A DNA stretch of 12,529 bases from Thermovirgaceae bacterium (GTDB lineage Bacteria; Synergistota; Synergistia; Synergistales; Thermovirgaceae), in contig JBKHBH010000058.1 in the NCBI GenBank assembly GCA_046542505.1, forward strand, positions 1 to 12,529, written 5' to 3'. This document shows, one piece after another, positions 1 through 5,561 of this stretch; the first letter of the stretch is position 1, and each line of letters starts with the position of its first letter. The notes under the pieces are model-generated. The model was not told the origin of the DNA and did not search any database. It was given only the letters and a program-made list of their open reading frames with translations. A program made the position numbers and the translations under genes.

Positions 1-49
1 TTCTTCATGAGGCATCGATAGAATTTCGTCTAGATTTCTTCGTGAGGCA
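1..49. repeat. 14-bp imperfect direct repeat TTCTTCRTGAGGCA, 35-bp period
   Basis: 1-14 ttcttcatgaggca versus 36-49 ttcttcgtgaggca, one mismatch. Confidence 0.7.
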
Positions 50-52
50 ACA
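1..52 (-). mobile_element. Possible terminal end of a DDE-type IS/transposon (TGT-starting end with repeated subterminal motif), extending off the left edge
   Basis: Minus strand from 52 reads TGTTGCCTCACGAAGAAATCTAGACG...TGCCTCATGAAGAA. The segment is 21/52 G+C, lower than the flanking genes. It begins where the upstream short ORF stops looking protein-like. No transposase or partner end is in the window. Confidence 0.3.
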
Positions 53-118
53 GGGCCACCCGACGTGCGGCCCAGGGTAATTCTGCAGGATTTCAGGAGC
101 GATTCGTATATACATCAT
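5..118 (-). pseudogene. Short 37-aa ORF, probably a truncated 5' gene fragment (N-terminus resembles stand-alone B3/B4-domain proteins)
   Basis: ATG at 118 preceded by purine-rich GAAGGGATGG. Translates MMYIRIAPEILQNYPGPHVGWP|CCLTKKSRRNSIDAS*. The family resemblance is from memory only. Confidence 0.3.
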
Positions 119-157
119 GTCATCCATCCCTTCAGGGCCCTTCACGGCCGGGGACGC

Positions 158-186
158 TTGTCGCTCCCGACCTCATGTGCTAGTAT
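158..186 (+). promoter_or_regulatory. Sigma70-type promoter for the riboswitch/wtp operon
   Basis: TTGTCG (158-163), 17-bp spacer, extended -10 TGcTAGTAT (178-186). Predicted start near 193, just upstream of the aptamer. Confidence 0.6.
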
Positions 187-201
187 TCACCTTGACAACA
201 G

Positions 202-310
202 AATAACACCTCCGAGCCGACAAGACCTAAAGCGCCTTCGCGCCATGGTCTAAGGCCGAAAGGGTATCGCCCGGAAACGGGGATGCCTCCCGCGTTTGGA
301 AAGGAGGTTC
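202..310 (+). ncRNA. Moco RNA motif riboswitch aptamer, P3-less variant (Tuco/Wco, tungsten-cofactor candidate)
   Basis: P1 ACCTCC(208-213)/GGAGGT(303-308). CTCCGAGC 5' motif. P2 GCC(216-218)/GGC(254-256) and AGACC(223-227)/GGTCT(247-251). P4 GGTATC(263-268)/GATGCC(282-287) with CCCG-GAAA-CGGG. Hallmark 3' motif GCCTCCCGCGTTTGGAAAGGAG. Lies upstream of a Mo/W transporter. Confidence 0.92.
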
Positions 311-323
311 CAGGCAGGCCGAT

Positions 324-356
324 AACGCCACCTCCGCGGGAGGTGGCGTTTTTCTT
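324..356 (+). terminator. Intrinsic terminator forming the riboswitch expression platform
   Basis: Perfect 12-bp stem AACGCCACCTCC(324-335)-GCG-GGAGGTGGCGTT(339-350), followed by TTTCTT. Confidence 0.88.
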
Positions 357-379
357 GTCTCCATCTTCTGTTTCCCTTT

Positions 380-415
380 GGCGGGAAAGATTCCGTCTTT
401 CCCGCCCCCCTTTTT
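380..415 (+). other. Second strong hairpin in the wtpB leader (terminator-like)
   Basis: Perfect 11-bp stem GGCGGGAAAGA(380-390)-TTCCG-TCTTTCCCGCC(396-406), then CCCC-TTTTT. Confidence 0.5.
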
Positions 416-450
416 CACAAGACCTGTTCAGGAACAGTGAGGGGTTTTTC

Positions 451-1263
451 GTGTGGACTCAATCACGTCGTGAAAAATGGTTTCTGGCCGGGATGGGAGC
501 GTTTATCCTCGTTTACGTCCTGCTTCCCTTGTTGACCATGTTCCTTGGAGCGGACTGGAGTCTCGTTGTGAAAACCGCAAAAGACCCCGTCGTTTTGGAT
601 GCCTTGTGGAGAAGCGTCTGGACGGCTGCCGCAGCCACAGGGTTCATCGCGTTTTTCGGCACTCCACTGGCCTATGTTCTCGCCAGACATACTTTCCGCT
701 GGAAGGCCACCATTGAGGCTGTCATCGATCTGCCGATCATGGTCCCCCATACCGTTGCGGGAATCGCCGTCCTCATGACCGTGAGCCCCAAGGCACCAGT
801 AGGAGCTGCCCTTGAAGCCATCGGCCTTTCAGCCGTCAACAGCAACCTGGGCATTGTGATCGCCTGCATTTTCGTCTCCATTCCATTTTACGTCGACGCG
901 GCGCGTGACGCCTTTGCTTCCGTTTCGCCACGCCTGGAAAAGGTCAGCCGCAATCTGGGTGCATCCTTCCCATACACGTTCTTTCACGTCACCCTGCCTC
1001 TTGCACGGAGGGGTATCCTTTCAGGCCTCATCATGAGTTGGGCCAGAGCGGTCAGCGAGTTTGGCGCGATTGTAATCATTTCCTATCATCCCATGGTGGC
1101 CCCGGTACTGATTTATGACCGGTTCGCCACTTACGGTCTGAAATACTCCTCTCCCATTGCGGTTCAATTGATATTGATTTCCCTTGTCATGTTTGTTCTC
1201 CTGCGCGTTTTTGCAGTCGGCGGCACGCGTTTCGGAAGGGGGGAAACCAATGGTCAGGCTTGA
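451..1263 (+). CDS. wtpB: Tungstate/molybdate ABC transporter permease (WtpB/ModB family), 270 aa
   Basis: GTG start at 451 after SD GAGGGG. Multiple TM helices. Motifs IDLPIMVPHTVAG, EAA-like loop LEKVSRNLGAS, and WARAVSEFGA. Confidence 0.9.
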   Translation: MWTQSRREKWFLAGMGAFILVYVLLPLLTMFLGADWSLVVKTAKDPVVLDALWRSVWTAAAATGFIAFFGTPLAYVLARHTFRWKATIEAVIDLPIMVPHTVAGIAVLMTVSPKAPVGAALEAIGLSAVNSNLGIVIACIFVSIPFYVDAARDAFASVSPRLEKVSRNLGASFPYTFFHVTLPLARRGILSGLIMSWARAVSEFGAIVIISYHPMVAPVLIYDRFATYGLKYSSPIAVQLILISLVMFVLLRVFAVGGTRFGRGETNGQA

Positions 1264-2305
1264 TGACCTTTCCATAGATCTCCAGGGATTCTCCCTCAAG
1301 CCGCTTTCCTTGCGCGTCACAGAAGGGGAAAGCTTCATGATCGTGGGCCCCAGCGGTGCGGGAAAAACCCTTCTGCTCGAAGTCCTGGCCGGGCTCCAGC
1401 CGGCGTCAGGCGGGAGGGTCCTCCTCAGGGGCAGAGATATCACCGGACTCTCGCCCGAAAAACGGAATATTTCCATCGTCTACCAGGACTACGCCCTTTT
1501 CCCCCATTTATCGGTGATGCAAAACATCCATTACGGCCTGCGCTTCCGGAAAGTCGCGGACCGAAAACACAGGATTGATCACTTGGTGGAACTCCTGCGG
1601 ATCGGGCACCTGCTTGAAAGAAACACGGAAACCCTTTCAGGAGGCGAAAAGCAGCGCGTGGCCCTGGCACGGGCTCTCGCGGTCAACCCGGAACTGCTCC
1701 TTCTTGACGAACCGCTCGCGGCCCTTGACCCGCTGTTTCGGCACGAACTGCTCGAATACCTCCGAAAACTGAATGAAGAAGGCATCACCCTGCTGATGGT
1801 GACCCATGACTTCGGGGAGGTACTGGCCCTCGGCGAACGGGTCGCCGTGCTCATCGACGGGAGCCTGGAACAACTCGGCACGGTGCGGGACGTTTTTAAC
1901 GCTCCGGTCAGCCCGGAAGTGGCATCTTTTGTGGGAATGGCAAATATCTGGGAAGGAGAGTGCACAAAGGGGGGCGATGTCTTTCTCTGGACGGGGAAGC
2001 GCCTCTTTGCATCTCAAGCGGTGAAAACGGGACCGTGCGTTGTCGGTGTACGGCCGGAGGAAATCACGCTGGGAGACGACGCCAAGGGTGGTTCGGGAGC
2101 CAATCTATTCTCCGGTACCGTCACAGCTCTCGTGCACCGCGGCGCCGTTATGGAAATGACCATCGACGCCGAGGGCCTTCTCGTCAAGGCCCTGATCACC
2201 ACTTCCGAACTGGTCAGAACGGGCCTTCGAGTCGGTTCGAAGGCCCTATTGGAAACAAAAACCGAATCGATTCATATCATTCCACAAAGGAGGAATCTGC
2301 AATGA
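1250..2305 (+). CDS. wtpC: Tungstate/molybdate ABC transporter ATP-binding subunit (WtpC/ModC family) with C-terminal TOBE-like domain, 351 aa
   Basis: ATG at 1250 after GGGGGG. Walker A GPSGAGKT, Q-loop VYQDYALF, signature LSGGEKQR, Walker B LLLLDEP, H-loop VTHD. Overlaps the wtpB end by 14 nt. Confidence 0.9.
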   Translation: MVRLDDLSIDLQGFSLKPLSLRVTEGESFMIVGPSGAGKTLLLEVLAGLQPASGGRVLLRGRDITGLSPEKRNISIVYQDYALFPHLSVMQNIHYGLRFRKVADRKHRIDHLVELLRIGHLLERNTETLSGGEKQRVALARALAVNPELLLLDEPLAALDPLFRHELLEYLRKLNEEGITLLMVTHDFGEVLALGERVAVLIDGSLEQLGTVRDVFNAPVSPEVASFVGMANIWEGECTKGGDVFLWTGKRLFASQAVKTGPCVVGVRPEEITLGDDAKGGSGANLFSGTVTALVHRGAVMEMTIDAEGLLVKALITTSELVRTGLRVGSKALLETKTESIHIIPQRRNLQ

Positions 2306-3270
2306 AAAGAAACACGAGCTATCTGTTGTACGTCCTGGTTCTTGGCCTGCTTGTCGCATTGACAGCCACGTCGGCTTTCGCGGCCAGGCAGGAACTCATC
2401 GTCTTTCATGCGGGGAGCCTCAGCGCCCCCATGGCGGCCATCGAGGAAGCCTACGAAAAGGCCAACCCCGATGTCGACATCCTCAGGGAAGCGGGTGGAA
2501 GCGCCGCCCTTGCCCGGAAGATCATCGACCTGGACGGGAAGTGCGATGCATACTTCTCCGCGGATTACCTGGTCATCGAACGTCTTTTGAGGCCCGATTT
2601 CGCCGACTGGAACATCTTGTTCTCATCGAATGAACTGGTCTTGATGTACGGCCCCAAATCGAAATACGCCGACGAAATCGATGAATCGAACTGGTATGAC
2701 GTTATTCTCAGGCCTGACGTCCGTTGGGGGCATTCCGAACCGGATGCCGACCCCTGCGGCTACCGCTCGCTCATGGCCCTCCAGCTTGCCGAGAAATATT
2801 ATGACGATGCGGAAGGGCTTCAAGAAAAAGCCCTCGCTCACCCCCAACGCGCTGTCCGCCCGAAGGCCATCGACCTTGTGGCCATGGTCCAGAGCGGTGC
2901 CATGGATTACGCCTTCGAATATCGCTCCGTCGCCGTGCAACACGGTTTCGATTTCGTGGAGTTTCCCGACGAAATCAACCTGAAGAGCCCCGATTTCGCC
3001 GAACTTTACGAAACGGCGGAAGTCGAGCGCGCGGGGAAGGAGCCCGGCGAAAAAATCATCACCAAAGGCTGTCCCATTGTCTACGGCCTGACGATCCCCA
3101 AGGGGGCTCCTCATGAGGAAGCAGCCGTCGATTTCCTCGAATACGTCCTTGACCCTGAAGGCGGGCTGGCCATCCTCGAGGAAATGGGTCAGGCCACCGT
3201 CGGGCCACGACCAATGAATGAAGACGACCAGATTCCGGAAGAACTGAAACCACTGATGAACTCAAAGTAA
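2302..3270 (+). CDS. wtpA: Tungstate/molybdate ABC transporter substrate-binding protein (WtpA family), 322 aa
   Basis: ATG at 2302 with SD AAGGAGG and ATGA overlap with wtpC. Signal peptide ending AFA. Motifs FHAGSL, DPCGYRSL, DYAFEYRSVAVQH, PIVYGLTIP. Confidence 0.92.
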   Translation: MKRNTSYLLYVLVLGLLVALTATSAFAARQELIVFHAGSLSAPMAAIEEAYEKANPDVDILREAGGSAALARKIIDLDGKCDAYFSADYLVIERLLRPDFADWNILFSSNELVLMYGPKSKYADEIDESNWYDVILRPDVRWGHSEPDADPCGYRSLMALQLAEKYYDDAEGLQEKALAHPQRAVRPKAIDLVAMVQSGAMDYAFEYRSVAVQHGFDFVEFPDEINLKSPDFAELYETAEVERAGKEPGEKIITKGCPIVYGLTIPKGAPHEEAAVDFLEYVLDPEGGLAILEEMGQATVGPRPMNEDDQIPEELKPLMNSK

Positions 3271-3277
3271 CGAGGCG

Positions 3278-3302
3278 GGGCGGGAGCGAAAAGCTTCCGC
3301 CC
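3278..3302. terminator. GC-rich hairpin between the convergent operons (probable shared terminator)
   Basis: GGGCGGGAGC(3278-3287)-GAAAA-GCTTCCGCCC(3293-3302), 10 bp with one G-U pair. Lacks a clean U tract. Confidence 0.55.
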
Positions 3303-3323
3303 TCTCATTCCCCTCTTTTGGTC

Positions 3324-3767
3324 TTATTGACTCCCTTTTTCGACCTCGTCAATAACAGCCTGCAGAACAAATCCTTCCGAAGTTTCCGGGTTTATGGGCA
3401 GCCAGACGGCCGCCTCGGGGGGGATAATTCAGAGGTCCCGGAGCACGCCGGCGTCATCGTAGGCCTCCGCCACAAGAAGTCGGTATTTCTTCGTTTCGGG
3501 TCGTATAAGGACTTCCCGGAACTCCGTGACTGGAGGATATTCCGCGACCACCCTGAGGAAGGCCCGGATTTGCGGCTCCCTTGTTTTTTCCTCCAGGATC
3601 AGGCGGATGCTCTTTGGTGAATAGGCCCAGGAAATCCCTTCCGGTCCTGGAAAAGCCTTGTAGGAGCCATCCCATTTCGCCGGAGTATCCGCACCGGCTG
3701 TGCCACAGGTCGTGATAACGGCCGTTGCCGCCAATACCGGCAGAAAACGGCGCAACAATCCTTTCAA
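3324..3767 (-). CDS. Small secreted hypothetical protein with in-frame TGA at codon 113 (147 aa if read through; candidate selenoprotein or nonsense pseudogene)
   Basis: TTG at 3767, 7 nt after SD AGGGGG. Signal peptide MKGLLRRFLPVLAATAVITTCGTAGA. After TGA (3431-3429) the frame continues IIPPEAAVWLPINPETSEGFVLQAVIDEVEKGSQ to TAA (3326-3324). The YDxxGxL...WxPIxPxT pattern recalls surface-adhesin-E-like proteins (from memory). Confidence 0.7.
3397..3414 (-). promoter_or_regulatory. Bacterial SECIS-like stem-loop
   Basis: GGCGGCC-GUCU-GGCUGCC: 7-bp stem with a loop starting GU, the loop lying 21 nt downstream of the in-frame UGA. Confidence 0.35.
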
Positions 3768-3812
3768 TGGCAATCCCCCTGTTCCTGAAGGCGTTTCCTT
3801 CTGCCGACGATG

Positions 3813-5561
3813 TTACAGGCCGGGCTGGTTCACCTCAAAAACGGCGGCACTTTCGGACGGTAGCCTGAATGAGCCCTTTCCGGCAACGACACCCTCCTGG
3901 GATTTCAGTCGGAGGACAGCATCACCGGCATTTTCGGGAAACGGCACGATCACCGGGTTTGACCCGAAATTGCACAGAAGCAGAACGCTTTCTCTCTGCA
4001 GCATAAGCCATCGGTTTTCTTCATCAAAGGTCACCTGCATGTTCCGCCTGCCTCTTTTCAGAGCTGGATGGGTCCGCCTGAAAGCGGCCAGGCGTTTATA
4101 CCATTCAAGCATGTCTCTTCCTTCCGATGTTTCTCTCTCTGCCCAGTCAATCTTCGAGCGGGTAAAAGTCTTTGCCTCCTGTGGGTCGGGGATATCCGCA
4201 GGATCCCATCCAAATCCGGAAAATTCCCTTCGTCGCCCGTTACGAACGGCTTCTCCGAGCTTTTCATCGGAATGGTCGGTAAAATACAGAAACGGAGAAG
4301 AAGTGTTCCACTCCTCGCCCTGGAAAAGCATCGGGACGAAAGGCGAAAGAAACATGCAGGCGGCGGCGACTTTTTGCAGCCTTCGCCCGCAAAGGTGTCC
4401 CAGCCGTTCGCCCAGGGCCCGGTTTCCCACCTGGTCATGATTCTGGATATAGCCCAGAAACCGCTCAGGTGGGACATCACCTGCGTCCCTCCCGTGCCTG
4501 CGTTTTCGAAAAGGGGAGTAGACCCCGTCGTATACAAAGGTTTTTTCCAGGGCTTTCACGACCTCTGCCACCTTTCCAAAATCCCCGTAATAACCGTTCT
4601 TCTCTTTCGTGACCAGAGCATGTACCGCATGGTGGAAATCGTCACTCCACTGGGCATCGAGGCCATATCCGCCCGCTTCCATGTCGCGGACGAGCCTGGG
4701 ATCGTTGAGATCACTTTCGGCAATAACATAACGGTGCTTTTCCGTTTCGGCCTCCACCTGCCTCACTACGTCGGCCAACTCCTCGAGAAAGTGCAGGGCC
4801 AACTGGTCGAATATGGCATGAACTGCATCGACCCTGAGGCCATCTATATGATAATCCGCCAGCCACATGCGGGCATTGTCCAGAAAGAACCTCCTCACCT
4901 CGTCGGAAAAAGGACCGTCGAAATTGATGGCGTCGCCCCAGGGAGATGCGTACTTCTTTGAGAAATAGGGGCCGAAGAATCCGAGGTAGTTCCCCTCCGG
5001 GCCAAGATGGTTGTAAACAACGTCAAGTACCACGGCGATACCCTTTTCATGAGCCGCATCAACAAGTTTCTTCAGCCCATCGGGGCCGCCGTAGGCTTCA
5101 TGGGGGGCATAGAGATTGACGCCGTCATAACCCCATCCATGATTGCCCGAAAAGCCGTTGACGGGCATAAGTTCCAGATGGGTCACGCCCAGAGACTGCA
5201 GGTGGTCCAGACGCGTAATGATATCTTCGAAGGTTCCTTCAGGCGAAAAGGTGCCCGCATGAATTTCATAAATCACGGCCGAAGCAAATGGGGGTGGTTG
5301 CCAGGTATCGTCGGTCCAGGGAAACATCCCGTGGTCTACGAAAGCCGAAGGCCCATGGACTCCTCCGGGCTGCCTGAGTGATCGCGGATCCGGGAGCCAT
5401 GGCCCGCCATCGACAGAGTAGGCATATTCGTCCCCGTCTTTCAGACTGATGCCGGGCGCTTCCCACCATCCCCCCGGCGACATTTTCATGGATACCCGGC
5501 CGTTCCCGGTTATGAGTTCCATAGACGAGACATTCGGGGCCCAGACCGCAGGGCGCTTCAT
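3813..5561 (-). CDS. treZ: Malto-oligosyltrehalose trehalohydrolase (GH13), 582 aa
   Basis: VWAP N-terminal CBM48-like region, YEIHAGTF, WGYDGV, DVVYNHLGPEGN, DGLRVDAVHAI, IAESDLN, QNHDQVGNR. ATG at 5561 overlaps the treY stop (ATGA), SD GGGGGG. Confidence 0.95.
   Translation of the reverse strand: MKRPAVWAPNVSSMELITGNGRVSMKMSPGGWWEAPGISLKDGDEYAYSVDGGPWLPDPRSLRQPGGVHGPSAFVDHGMFPWTDDTWQPPPFASAVIYEIHAGTFSPEGTFEDIITRLDHLQSLGVTHLELMPVNGFSGNHGWGYDGVNLYAPHEAYGGPDGLKKLVDAAHEKGIAVVLDVVYNHLGPEGNYLGFFGPYFSKKYASPWGDAINFDGPFSDEVRRFFLDNARMWLADYHIDGLRVDAVHAIFDQLALHFLEELADVVRQVEAETEKHRYVIAESDLNDPRLVRDMEAGGYGLDAQWSDDFHHAVHALVTKEKNGYYGDFGKVAEVVKALEKTFVYDGVYSPFRKRRHGRDAGDVPPERFLGYIQNHDQVGNRALGERLGHLCGRRLQKVAAACMFLSPFVPMLFQGEEWNTSSPFLYFTDHSDEKLGEAVRNGRRREFSGFGWDPADIPDPQEAKTFTRSKIDWAERETSEGRDMLEWYKRLAAFRRTHPALKRGRRNMQVTFDEENRWLMLQRESVLLLCNFGSNPVIVPFPENAGDAVLRLKSQEGVVAGKGSFRLPSESAAVFEVNQPGL

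Noticed and set aside
1..49. CRISPR array interpretation of the 14-bp repeat
   Set aside because: The repeat is too short, the 35-bp period is too small, only two copies are visible, and there are no cas genes in the window.
105..125. CGTATATA resembling a ModE box half-site upstream of the Mo/W transporter
   Set aside because: The second inverted half-site is absent, and the sequence is explained by the start codons of the minus-strand ORF.
192..220. Perfect TTGACA at 192-197 as a -35 element
   Set aside because: No -10 hexamer 16-18 nt downstream (AGCCGA), and the start would fall inside the aptamer.
65..418. Short ORFs 65-253 (+) and 227-418 (-) as leader peptides
   Set aside because: They overlap the promoter and aptamer, lack a convincing SD, and are not needed to explain regulation.
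283..450. N-terminal extension of the permease ORF from 283
   Set aside because: It runs through the riboswitch and terminator. GTG 451 has an SD and gives a normal permease length.
1960..2301. 114-aa N-terminal extension of wtpA in the ORF track
   Set aside because: It overlaps wtpC out of frame. ATG 2302 has a strong SD, an ATGA overlap and a signal peptide.
3690..3767. Lipoprotein signal (VITTC) in the small secreted protein
   Set aside because: Poor match to the lipobox L-A/S-A/G-C. Signal peptidase I cleavage after AGA fits better.
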